Below are positions 51,736 through 62,699 of a DNA stretch of 64,000 nucleotides, piece by piece. The stretch is from Octopus sinensis (taxonomy: Eukaryota): NCBI RefSeq assembly GCF_006345805.1, contig NC_043024.1, positions 4,402,001-4,466,000 on the forward strand, given 5' to 3'. The notes beneath the pieces were generated by a model. That model ran no database searches. It saw nothing but the letters and a program-made list of their open reading frames with translations, and was not told where the DNA came from. Each line of letters begins with the position of its first letter. Position 1 is the first letter of the stretch. Position numbers and translations under genes: made by a program.

Positions 51736-53390
51736 ACCACCTTAGTTTATTATTAATTACTAGTGGGACCCATGTAAATTCTACAGAATGAAAGAAATTA
51801 AGAGGACCTATTTAAGAAAGAGAGGATGATTTGCATTTTTATAGCATTCATAGTTTTAGCTTTCTTTGAATATACTTGGCATCTGTCTACATCCAATTCC
51901 TCACAACACCATCGGTGCCATTTTTTTCCACTTTTTTATTATATCTTCTTAGTGTTCCATGCTCTAGATCTGTGCATCTTTTCTCAGGCAGTTTGCAACT
52001 GTGTCTCTTGTGAATCCATAGTTTAGGCTAAATTAATCCTTAGAAACAAATATCAATCTCTTAAGTGAGAAGACGATAAATAACTGCACAGAAGTGCAAG
52101 TGTTGAGTGATGGTCTCTATAAAAAACAAAGAAATTCCTTTTCACTATCAACACACCACCACCATCATCTCTCTCTCCCTCTCTGTTCCTTTCTTTAATA
52201 TCAACATTAGAACATCACCCCTCTGCTAAGATTATAATTCTAACTCATCTCTATATCATGACCATCAGCTAGCTTTTTTAACCATAAAATAACTATTACA
52301 TTCCCCCTATCACATGTCATACTTGCTTCTTTCTTAGTCTTTTGTCTCTCCCTTTTCTTTCTTTCTCTATTTGCCTCACTCTTTCTCTTATCATCTTTTC
52401 TCTCTCTACCCCCTTTTCTCTAATAACCTGAAAGTGTTACTGACGAGCTAAGTAACAGAATGAGAAGCAGAATTATTATAAGATCACCTTACTCTATTTC
52501 TCCACTTCTGTCCCCACCCTTCATTTATTCCAATAATCTAATGAAAGCATAACAGCTGTACAAACAAGCTGGTTATTATATATGTACATAAATATTATTT
52601 TTGTCTGAGGTTTGGATAATATATTTTTCAGAGTAATTACATATCACATAAGGAGACTGGAAAACAGTTTGATAGTATTTATTCAGCATTACATGTGTTT
52701 CATTACCTAATAGGAATTACAAACTTTTAGACAAAGAGAAAACATGTAAAATATCTCCTATAAGAAATTCTTCATATATACATATATACATGTGTGTGAG
52801 TGTGTGTGTGTATGCACAAGTGAGTGTATCTTTGTCCAGACATTATGTGATGTCCGTCATACTTCTGCAGTTCTTCATTTCCAGTCCTCTGCGTAAATTA
52901 TGTCTCACCAGGAAAAATATTTCCTTGCTTGGAAACAGGTGAGGATTGGTGACAAGAAAGGGTACCCAGCTCAGGAAAATCTCCATCAATGAAAATCCAT
53001 CTGATCTATTGAAGCATGGAAAAGCGAATTTTAAATGATGATGATTATCATCATTGTAGTGATATGGTTCCTCTTCTGTATGAATGCAGTTATGTTTTAA
53101 TAATTGATCATTTTCATAGATTGATTTAGCACAAATGTCTTAGGGTATGGTTTTATCTTTCATATAAATAGGACTGTAGAATTCTCCATTTTCATAGAAT
53201 GATTAAGCATTGCTATCACAGTGATATGTTTTCCTTCCTCTGTCAATGCTCTTTTGATTCGTTAATGGATCATTTCAAATGAAAGCTTACCATTGATATC
53301 ACATTCATATAGTTTCATTCTTGTGTAGAGGGTTTTATGAGATACAAACCTGTCCTTCTGAAGTAATGTTCTACAACCAATGTCACTGTG

Positions 53391-54512
53391 TTATGGATCA
53401 ACTTCACAACGAATACACTTGTGTTTAAAAGTGTGATGTTTTTGTGAGAATGATTTACCACAGATTTCACAGCGATATGGTTCCTCTCCAGTGTGAATAC
53501 GTTTGTGTGCAGTCAAGTTACTGCTAACAGAGAATGATTTACCACAGATATCACAGCGATAAGGTTTCTCCCCTGTATGAATACGTTTGTGGTAAGGTAA
53601 GCTATTACCATCAGAGAATGATTTACCACAGATATCACAGTGATATGGCTTCTCCCCTGTATGAATACGCTTGTGTTTGGTTAAGCCATCGCTTTGAGAG
53701 AATGATTTACCATAGATATAACAGGGATATGGTTTGTCTCCTGTATGAATACGTTTGTGGTTAGTTAAGCTACTGTTCTGAGAGAATGATTTACCACAGA
53801 TATCACAGTGGTATGGTTTCTCGCCTGTATGAATACGCTTGTGGTTGGTTAAGGTACTGCCAGCAGAGAATGACTTACCACAAATATCACAGGGATATGG
53901 CTTGTCTCCTGTATGAATACGTTTAAGTTTAGTTAAGCTACTGCCATCAGAGAATGATTTACCACAGATATCACAGTGATATGGTTTCTCTCCTGTATGG
54001 GTACGTTTATGATGAGTTAAGTTACTGCCACCAGAGAACGATTTACCGCAGATATCACAGTGATATAGTTTGTCCCCTGTATGAACACGCTTCTGAATAG
54101 CTAAGCTATGAGCACGAGAGAATAATGTACCACAGATATTACAGTGATATGGTTTCTCCCCGGTATGAACACATTTGTGATTAGTTAAGTTACTGCCAAC
54201 AGAGAATGATTTACCACAGATATCACAGTGGTATGGTTTCTCCCCTGTATGAATACGTGTATGTCGAATTAACTCACTGTGATGAGAGAATGATGTACCA
54301 CAGATGCTACAGCTATATGGTTTCTCCCCTGTATGAATACGTTTGTGCTTAGTTAAGCTACTGCGAACAGAGAATGATTTACCACAGACATTACAGTGAT
54401 ATGGTGCTTCCCCTGCATGAATTTGTTTGTGTTAATTGAATTTACTTTTTGCTAAGAATGACTCTTTGCAGATGTCACAGTCATATGATGATTCTCTTAA
54501 TTCTTCCGATAT
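53391..54512 (-). pseudogene. ZNF gene 7: start ATG->ATA and CAA->TAA at codon 27, followed by 346 open codons (about 12 finger repeats)
   Basis: Read by hand from the reverse complement: GAA ATA TCG GAA GAA (54512), TAA at 54434-54432, open to TAA at 53393-53391. Confidence 0.85.
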
Positions 54513-55146
54513 TTCTTCAGGAAAAATAAACCTGAACCTTCTTCAAGTTGTACAGATCAACAACTTTTCAAAAATATTTCTTCTCTCACCAAAATTTATG
54601 GATATTTTGCTTCTTTTTGCTTTTATAGTTTATTCCAAACAAATATTACTTCCCTTATATTTCTTCTAAACGTGATCAATGCCAATATTGAAAAATGTTG
54701 CAAATATTCTTTGTAAATCCATCAAAGTATATTTAAAACAGAAAATTATCTCTTGCACATTTCAGACACAGAAGTAAAGAAATGCTTTCTCTCTCAGAGG
54801 AAATATTTTACTGTAACTCAGCAATGTTTTCTAGAAGCAGGATTATACGTTTGTAGAATATCTTTGCAGTCTTTCAAACATGATACATAATGATGATTCT
54901 TTAAAAGTAGAAAATACTTTTTAGCCAATTTCATATGATTTTTCTGAAAGAATAGAAAAAATAATATAAGACATCAAGTATGTTTAAAAGGCAGATATTC
55001 AAAAGTGCAAATTTACGACATTTCTGTTTCCATAAATTGTAGAATATAGTGAGATTTTTTTTCTTTTAACTTTCTCAACACATCGAAACAAATAAATGTA
55101 CATAATACGACACATATATAATAGAAATGTTTAAATAAATACTTAC

Positions 55147-55430
55147 ATAGTAATAGATATGGAGAGAAAGAGTGAAGGAGGAAGATGTGAGAACTGAAGT
55201 CAGAGTGGACAACGACAGCTTCAAGAGAATTTCTAGGTTTCTACAACAAACGTTAATTAATATTTTTCTGGTTCACATAATCGTAAATACTGTATCTGTT
55301 TGTTTAGACAGTTAATTACCAATCATTTGTATATATTTGATTGGGTTTTCTCTTAAATATCAGTTGTCAAGTGGAACTGATCAAACAATCAAGGTGAGTG
55401 AGAAACAAGAACAAGAAATACACTTAATGA
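55147..55430 (-). promoter_or_regulatory. Type-B promoter/exon-1 module of gene 7; its 5' part is displaced to 60727-60780 by the Tx1 insertion
   Basis: Homology to 36685-36970 and 44272-44560; donor at 55146; acceptor at 54945-54944. Confidence 0.65.
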
Positions 55431-55703
55431 GGAAGAGTTTTGACAATTATTTCTTTATTATGATTATACAATCATTACATAGAAGGACAAATACAGGACA
55501 TACATGCAAAAAACAGTTAAGAGGTTCGATTAAAAATTTTCCATAACATTTGGATTATTCATTATAAAAATTCGTCTGTAAATTGTCCTTTAAATGACCA
55601 ATAGAATATTATAACATATCATAAACTTTCGATCTTACCGAAGTTTTAAACCCCGGCAATTTATAAGGCCCCGCAGCTTTTCTTTCCTCTCCTCCCTCCA
55701 TAG

Positions 55704-58700
55704 TTAAGCTGGGTTTCTGACACCCACCTTTTTTACCACTTCCTTCCATCTTTTCTCATACACACCCCGGGGTAAGATCCTCTTTTCCAGCCCCATTTTT
55801 CTCTTCAGATGATATCTGAAGTAAGTGAGCAAGCCGGAGCCCGAGACAAAGGATCCTATCGCGACTCCTTCCATTCTTGTACGCCACATGCATTCTTTTA
55901 CTACTGCAACCGTGCAGTGAAAACATGCCTCACCTTCCTTCGAGAGTCCAGTTGGCGGTATCATCTTAATCATAGACTCAGCCGACAGCTGTACTCGTCC
56001 CAGATGCGATAACACGTGTTCTGCGTAACTTATCAAGTCTGACAACTTCCGACAGTGTACAAAAGCGTGCTGGACGGTTTCATCATCCAACCCGCATCTT
56101 GGACACGTCGGTGGCACTGAAATTCCGTGCTGCGATAACTTCTCGCGAACAGGTAAAGCATTCCTATAGCACTGCCAGGCCAGGGATCTTTGGAAATTAT
56201 CCAAATACCCCGTCCTGAAAGTCTTTTTAAACAGGTTGGTAAGCTGGTCTTCGTCAAACCCCAGAGCCCCTCCTAGGACGTCGTCGTTCTTTGCCTCTAC
56301 CAGCCTTCTATAAAATACCGAGGTGGTATTTCCACAGCCGGCCTTGCCCGCCTTGTGGATCAGCGTGAGTGCCTGTCGGCACTCCTTTTGCCATAAAGTC
56401 AGATTCCGTCTTTTGATGCAACCGGGTTTAAAATTCACTAAGGAGGCCAGTCTCGGGAAAAATTCCCCTGCCGGTGGACTCCACACCTTATCACCCTCCA
56501 GGTGGTGCCAGAGATGCTTCAGCCTCAACGCATGTCTGCGCATCATCAACCAAGGCATTCCTAACCCACCCATTAACGGTTCCTGGCAGCAAACGGAGCG
56601 CCTCACAAGTGGCTTTCCTCCCTTCCACAAAAAGCGGAAAAGGATTCGCTCCAACTTGCTAAGCCATGAATCGCTGCAAGGGACAACGGTCAGGCGGTAA
56701 GTGATTACAGATGCAATGAACATCTGTACCACCTCCGCCCTTCCTTTCAAGGACAGAAACCTTCCGGACCAGGTCCGTACTATGGCCTCCACCTTGCCCG
56801 TCACCTCACTCCAATTCCTCTCCGTTTGGGAGTCTGGCCCAAACCAAACACCTAGCAACTTAACAGGGCCATCCGTCCAGTTTCCTACGACACTGGACGA
56901 TATCGACTTGCTCCTCGAGGTGCCGAGGCGCAAGCCAACCGACTTTTCCTTGTTAACCCTTGCTCCTGTGACCGCCTCGTATCCTCTGATAGCGTCTTCT
57001 ACACAAGGTAGCTGGGCCTCATTGGACACGATGAGGGTGACGTCATCCGCATAAGCAGTAACCGTCCTCCCACCTCCGATCTCATCCGGGTTCCTTCCCA
57101 GCCTCTCCAGCTTTCGCAGCAATGGCTCGAGAGCCAACACGTACAAAAGTGGTGACAAGGGGCACCCTTGACGAACTGAACATTCGATCGAAAACGATTC
57201 CGTTAGGTAACTGTTTATCTGGACGGTAGACTTGATGCCGCTATGCATAGCGGAGATCCACCCGCAAAATTCAGGGCCCAGTCCAGCCGCTTCGAGGACT
57301 GTCGCCAGGTACTTAAGGTCTACCCTATCGAACGCTTTCCTTTGGTCTAAATGGACCATTACCCCGCCCTTGCCGGTTAATTTACCCACCCTATCTAAGG
57401 TGTAGCGTATAAGGTGAAGATTGTCCTGGATCGACCTGCCTGGAATTGCACATGTCTGTGCTTTCCCTACAAGTTTCTCCACGACAACCGTCAACCTTTT
57501 TGCCAACACCTTGGCCAAAATCTTTAACTCTACATTAAGTAGAGTTATGGGCCTGTAATTACTAATGTTATCCCCCTTGCTCGGGTCTTTCTGGATTAGC
57601 GTCACCACTCCCCGGCTTACAGAACTGGGAATTCTCCCATTCTGCTTCCAGTTCGTGTAGACACCTGCCAATATTCCCCCGAACAAGTCCGGCATACTTT
57701 GGTAAAACTCGTAGGGCAGACCATCCAACCCCGGCGACTTCTCCCCGGCGCATCCGGCCAGCATCCCCTCTATCTCCACAGGAGTGATCGCTTCTTCACA
57801 GCACTCCACCTCACGCCCCGAGAGCCGCGGTCCGCCGGCTAGGAAGTCCTTTAAGGCCCTTCCCTGCTCCGGCGCCACACCACCCCCAAACACGCGGGTG
57901 AAATGCTGGTGAAGAAACTTTTGCATCTCCTCCTGTCCATAGATCTTTTGTCCCTGTTCGTCAGTTAAAGACTTGATTGAGGCTTTGTTACCTCTCTGAC
58001 TCTCTACTCGACGGGCCCATCCGGCAACGTTAATACCTTCTCGTTTCCCAGCGCGTAGCTTAGCTCTGACTCTGCAACCTTCGTGTTTGGAGTTAAGGTG
58101 ACGGTACAATACCGTCCTTGCCGCCATCACTCCTGATGCAGAGCCAGCTTCCATTGCCTCGTTTAGATTCTTAACTAAATCGTCCTCTATCCTAGACCTA
58201 TCTAACCTTAGCTGATTGCTAATTCTAATGGACTCTGAATGAATGGCTCTTTTGAGGGAGTGCCACCATCTATTGTTAATGATGGTGCCACACAATGCCC
58301 TCTGTACTAACACCTTAATCTGGGTACGGAAGTCTTCACAATTCAAAATAGCCTTGTTCAGCTTCCAGTACCCGGGTCCCTGTCTATGACACTTGTCTAA
58401 TTGCATCCTACACATCACAAATTTGTGATCCGTGTAAGGCACAATGTGAAACTGTGGACAACTAAACGTATCCTTATCTCTTTTCTTAACGAATATCCTA
58501 TCTAAATACGATCTGTGTGAGCCGTCGTTGTTACTCCACGTCCACTGTGGAACGCTCGACTCATCCAGTCGGTAACGGTCCACTATATCAAAGCTCTCTA
58601 GTAGACCCTTGAGGCTAGGGTTCCCCTTCCTATTGGTTGAGCCAACACTGTTGACCCACGCTTCAAGGACAGTGTTAAAGTCCCTTACTAAGACTACTAA

Positions 58701-59078
58701 AAAGGGCTCCAGGTTCCGAAAAAAACCCGTCTGCCTAAACTCATTCGGAGCGTAGACAGCTACCAACCTGAAGGACTGTTTACTTACGTGGGTCACATCC
58801 AGAACAACCAGCCTGCCTTCTGGGTCCAGGAAGACAGTACTTACCTGCAAGTCCAAGCTCTTCCTGAAAAGGACTGCCACGCCTCTGCCTCTTCCTCGGC
58901 TAGGAGAAATAAATTTATCGAAACCATTTAGAAGAGGCGAGAACGCTTGGGCCCCGTTCATCTTGGACTCGGTTGCAATAGCTATGTCCACTCCATGTGT
59001 CGTGAGGTCGTTCAGGAAACAAATTTGTTTCCATTTCGACCCCATTCCACGTACATTCACACAACTCAGCTTAGCCAT
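55704..59078 (-). CDS. LINE ORF2: APE endonuclease + reverse transcriptase + C-terminal CCHC
   Basis: NVRG, DFN, SYLDRIF, TDHK, GPGYWKLN; KSPGLDG, YRPITLLN, LDQRKAFDRV, VRQGCPLSP, AYADD; CPRC-x8-H-x4-C. 1124 aa open. Confidence 0.96.
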   Translation of the reverse strand: MAKLSCVNVRGMGSKWKQICFLNDLTTHGVDIAIATESKMNGAQAFSPLLNGFDKFISPSRGRGRGVAVLFRKSLDLQVSTVFLDPEGRLVVLDVTHVSKQSFRLVAVYAPNEFRQTGFFRNLEPFLVVLVRDFNTVLEAWVNSVGSTNRKGNPSLKGLLESFDIVDRYRLDESSVPQWTWSNNDGSHRSYLDRIFVKKRDKDTFSCPQFHIVPYTDHKFVMCRMQLDKCHRQGPGYWKLNKAILNCEDFRTQIKVLVQRALCGTIINNRWWHSLKRAIHSESIRISNQLRLDRSRIEDDLVKNLNEAMEAGSASGVMAARTVLYRHLNSKHEGCRVRAKLRAGKREGINVAGWARRVESQRGNKASIKSLTDEQGQKIYGQEEMQKFLHQHFTRVFGGGVAPEQGRALKDFLAGGPRLSGREVECCEEAITPVEIEGMLAGCAGEKSPGLDGLPYEFYQSMPDLFGGILAGVYTNWKQNGRIPSSVSRGVVTLIQKDPSKGDNISNYRPITLLNVELKILAKVLAKRLTVVVEKLVGKAQTCAIPGRSIQDNLHLIRYTLDRVGKLTGKGGVMVHLDQRKAFDRVDLKYLATVLEAAGLGPEFCGWISAMHSGIKSTVQINSYLTESFSIECSVRQGCPLSPLLYVLALEPLLRKLERLGRNPDEIGGGRTVTAYADDVTLIVSNEAQLPCVEDAIRGYEAVTGARVNKEKSVGLRLGTSRSKSISSSVVGNWTDGPVKLLGVWFGPDSQTERNWSEVTGKVEAIVRTWSGRFLSLKGRAEVVQMFIASVITYRLTVVPCSDSWLSKLERILFRFLWKGGKPLVRRSVCCQEPLMGGLGMPWLMMRRHALRLKHLWHHLEGDKVWSPPAGEFFPRLASLVNFKPGCIKRRNLTLWQKECRQALTLIHKAGKAGCGNTTSVFYRRLVEAKNDDVLGGALGFDEDQLTNLFKKTFRTGYLDNFQRSLAWQCYRNALPVREKLSQHGISVPPTCPRCGLDDETVQHAFVHCRKLSDLISYAEHVLSHLGRVQLSAESMIKMIPPTGLSKEGEACFHCTVAVVKECMWRTRMEGVAIGSFVSGSGLLTYFRYHLKRKMGLEKRILPRGVYEKRWKEVVKKVGVRNPA

Positions 59079-59332
59079 TGTCGGTGAGAGAAAAAATAAA
59101 TGAACTTACGGTTGAGAAAGGGAGCATGACAGTTTAAATCTGCCCGCTTCCCCTTCTTCCTCCCTTGTGGTCGTAGCTGCAGGGCTCTTAACCGGCGTTG
59201 CCACCGGGCTCTGGGTAGGTGTGGTTGCCGGGGTTATAACAAGTTTACCCTCCAGTACTTCCTTCGTTACATCTCTTATCAGTCTATTCTTCAGATGTTC
59301 TTGTAGTATTTCCTCCTTCCACTCGTCTTCCT

Positions 59333-60535
59333 TTATTTTTGCGAAGTTGCTTTTGTGTCTGTAGCCTTGCTAAATAGTTTAAATTTGGAAAATTTAAAAT
59401 ATTTGTATACCCTATCGTTATTTTCGTCAAATGCTATGATCTTATCATTTTTTTTAAAAAACTTTTTCAAATCTAGTTTTATGGGGAGGGGCTTGGCGAA
59501 CTGTTTTCCAATGAATACAGTGCCGTGGGGGTAGGGCTGGGGAATTTGCTTTGTATGTATGTCTGCGGTGCTTGCTGATTTTTTCCTTGTTTGGGGAGGG
59601 GAGTCCAGGGTGTTATCTTTTTTTCTTTTGTGTGTCACCTGTGTGTAATTCATTCGTTCAATACAATCCTCCGTTTCGGTTTCTTTGCTTGTCGTCGTCT
59701 TGGGTTCTTTTTCCGCCTTCTCCCCTTCAGTGTTTGAAGCACTTTGAGGAGGGGCTTCGTTGGTTTTCTTTTTTTTTAAACAGTTCGAGCGGACGTGACC
59801 CTTCTCGTCACATTTAAAGCACCTAGGTCTGCGTCCCTCCACTGATACTCTCATGGACGTTCCATCCTCATTAAATACCCTATCGGGCAAGTTCTCCAAT
59901 ATCTTGTTTTCTGCCTGAACGAGGAGTTCCAGCGTCTGTCCCTTCCAGCGTACCTCCTCTTTCCTTCTCATCTGCAGAATCGAAATTTCCCCCTCTACAT
60001 TGTGCAGGACCGCCGCTGCTACCCACATTATTTCATACCCTCTCGGTATGTCCTCTACCAGCAGTTTAGCTGTTCTTTTTCCCATATACGAGGGTAGCAA
60101 CATGATATCATCATTTTTCAGGGTCATTGATGACACCTCTCTTGCTACCTCAGCCGAGTCAAAATGTGCTTCAACAGTAGCGCTGCGAGCACCTCGAACA
60201 ACATGGCGAATTTTGTCCCACACTGGGGACAAGCACTTTTCGACTAACTCGTTTCTGACGTCCATGATTTTTTTTTCTTTGTAGCTATACACTTTGTATA
60301 TAACTGTCTTTTCCTTTATTTCTTGTACCTTCGCTTGCGGCGGTACAAGTTTGATTTCGTTTCCTTCCATTTTTACTAAGTTCCGAAATTCGAATAGTTG
60401 TTCGATCTTGAATTCAACGTCTATCATGGTTCCGCCTACCGCGGCCGAAAAAGACTGTTTTTTTACTTCAGTGTCCTTTAATTCACTTGTTCCCATCGCG
60501 GGGAAGTCACTCTTCGACGCCAACTCGAAATCCAT
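59333..60535 (-). CDS. LINE ORF1 (gag-like, CCHC knuckle); probably extends to 59106 via a 1-nt frameshift
   Basis: CFKCDEKGHVRSNC knuckle. An 87-codon open alternate frame 59369-59106 stops 27 bp before the ORF2 ATG. Confidence 0.88.
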   Translation of the reverse strand: MDFELASKSDFPAMGTSELKDTEVKKQSFSAAVGGTMIDVEFKIEQLFEFRNLVKMEGNEIKLVPPQAKVQEIKEKTVIYKVYSYKEKKIMDVRNELVEKCLSPVWDKIRHVVRGARSATVEAHFDSAEVAREVSSMTLKNDDIMLLPSYMGKRTAKLLVEDIPRGYEIMWVAAAVLHNVEGEISILQMRRKEEVRWKGQTLELLVQAENKILENLPDRVFNEDGTSMRVSVEGRRPRCFKCDEKGHVRSNCLKKKKTNEAPPQSASNTEGEKAEKEPKTTTSKETETEDCIERMNYTQVTHKRKKDNTLDSPPQTRKKSASTADIHTKQIPQPYPHGTVFIGKQFAKPLPIKLDLKKFFKKNDKIIAFDENNDRVYKYFKFSKFKLFSKATDTKATSQK

Positions 60536-61429
60536 TTCTCAAAAATGTTTCAAAAAATTACCTCGAAGGTAATGACAATTTTAAACAGAATTACCGTTAC
60601 ACAACGGGAACTGTTCAATAAACGATTAACACAAACAACGATGAACAAAAAATCGAACTCTCTCAACAAAGAGGCAGCAAAATTCTCAAAACGTAGATGA
60701 AAAAGGTGCGGAAGAGTTTTTACAATGAACAAAGGGAACTAACTCCAGTCTTTAAAGAATTGCGGCTCTACTTTAATAGATTTGGGATTTTGTGAAAGAG
60801 ATTTCTTCAATATTCGGCTTCATCACTATTATTGTTATTATCACCAACCCTTTTCCGACCTTTTCCTTTTTGCGGCCACATGTGGAAATGTTCGAGTGTA
60901 GTGAAAATTTCAGTATTTGAGGCATCCCTATAATTTTCCACGCTAAATTCCATCAGTTAATTTGCTTCTTCCACAAAAAAATTTTTTAAAAAGTTACTAT
61001 GGTTTAAAGTTTGATCATTCTTACCCATTTAGAAAACAATATTTGGAAGCTGTCATTTTGTTCAAGTAAAAAAAGGGGTGTGAAATATCAAATTATTGTG
61101 ATTTTGTACTTTTTACACGGAAATTCATACGATTCTGCAAATACGTGATATAAAAACCTTTGTTCAATTAAAAATCAAATTACTTTTAACTATGCACTGT
61201 CCATCACCATTTCCTCCACCACAACCATTATCTCTCTCTCTCTTTGTGCCTCAAATCTCACCATCAGAACATCACCACTCTGCTAAAATTATATTGCTAA
61301 CTTCTCAATATCATCAACTTCAACTAACTTTTTTAACCATGTAATAAATATTATGTTCCCCCTATCACATATCATGTACGCTTCTCTCTGTCCCTCTTCC
61401 TGTCTTACTCTTTGCTTTAATATATGGGT

Positions 61430-61830
61430 GCTTGAAACTCTCAGAAGAGAATTGCTGGGACCAGTATTCCGTTTGGGATATGCTTTTGAAATGGAAAGAA
61501 AGCATGCCCTTTTTTGGAAACGACTTGTGACTGGAGATGAAAAATGGATTGCATGTTTAATGTTGTGCAAAACTGATCCTGGAGTTTGCAGAAATATCCC
61601 CCAAGCAACCAAAGATGAATATCCATGGCAACACACCTGTGCTTTGTGTTTGGTAGGATCATAAAGGCATTAATATGACCTTCTCCCATAAAACCAGACC
61701 ATTAATTCTGATGTGTTCTGTCGTCAACTGGCTAATTTGAACCAAAATATATCAAAGAACTGCGCCTGGAGATTACCAACAGAAAAGCATTAGTCTTCCA
61801 ACAAGACAATGCCCAACCATTGTCAAAAAG
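61430..61830 (+). mobile_element. Mariner transposase relic (DDD region)
   Basis: KRLVTGDEKWI and FQQDNAQP motifs; homologous to the reverse complement of 31890-31995. Confidence 0.8.
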
Positions 61831-62699
61831 AAAGGATTCACCCTATCTCCCTCATATTCCTTATAGTCTTCATTGTTATCATTTTTATGCCGTATGTTTT
61901 TTAAACCAATATTCTTTCATCAGATGCATTCTTAATTGAATTCTTTTCTTTTTGCTTTGCATCTTGTACAGATTTAAGTCTTTAATTTTATAAATATATA
62001 TTTATATAATCTTTTAGTTGTTTATCCATTATCCAAAAACAAAAGGTCCCGGTCACTAGTCATGGCCTCGGTGTCTAGTGAGGCAATGGATTGGGTTATT
62101 CCTGAAACCAAAACACTCTAAAGTGGAGCCTGTATTGTGTCTGCATCAAAAGATAGTCGCTCATCTGCTATTCACTGAAAACTGAAGGAAATTGGAATAC
62201 GGTAATTACTTAATACACTTTATGCACAATTTTATAGACACAGCACTCATAAAATAAATATTCGCTCATATTTTTCCAGTTTTCTCATTAACAGAAAAAA
62301 ATTACATTTTAAAATTTACATGGGCACAATTTCTTATCTAAAACATGAGAAGTGTATACTAAAAAAATTACTTTATATGTAAAATATAGGGGTCACAATT
62401 TAATGTAACATGGCTTATTTGAAAACCACATCAGTGGTAACTTGTAAGCCAAGGTGATGGGTCAGAGAGCCAATACACATTTCAATTTGTAGGTGTTGTA
62501 AAAAAAACTTAGTTCAAGTAAAAAAACAATATTACTTTTCACTCTGTATTCACCATCACAACCACCACCATCATCTGTCTCTCTCTACCTTTCTTTAATC
62601 TCTCCATCAGAACATCACCCACCTTCTAAAATTATATTTCTAACTCTCCTCTATATCACAACCTGCAAACTAAATATGTCCCCCTATCATGTCATGCAC

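Larger units (their letters stand above)
55448..60709 (-). mobile_element. Full-length Tx1/L1-clade non-LTR retrotransposon (5.26 kb)
   Basis: Two ORFs; 3' UTR ending AATAAAGAAATA; TSD ggaagagttttgacaat (55431-55447) / ggaagagtttttacaat (60710-60726). Confidence 0.92.

Noticed and set aside
51291-51791. 166-aa ORF
   Set aside because: It starts in (TG)n and runs through a SINE relic, with no recognisable domain.
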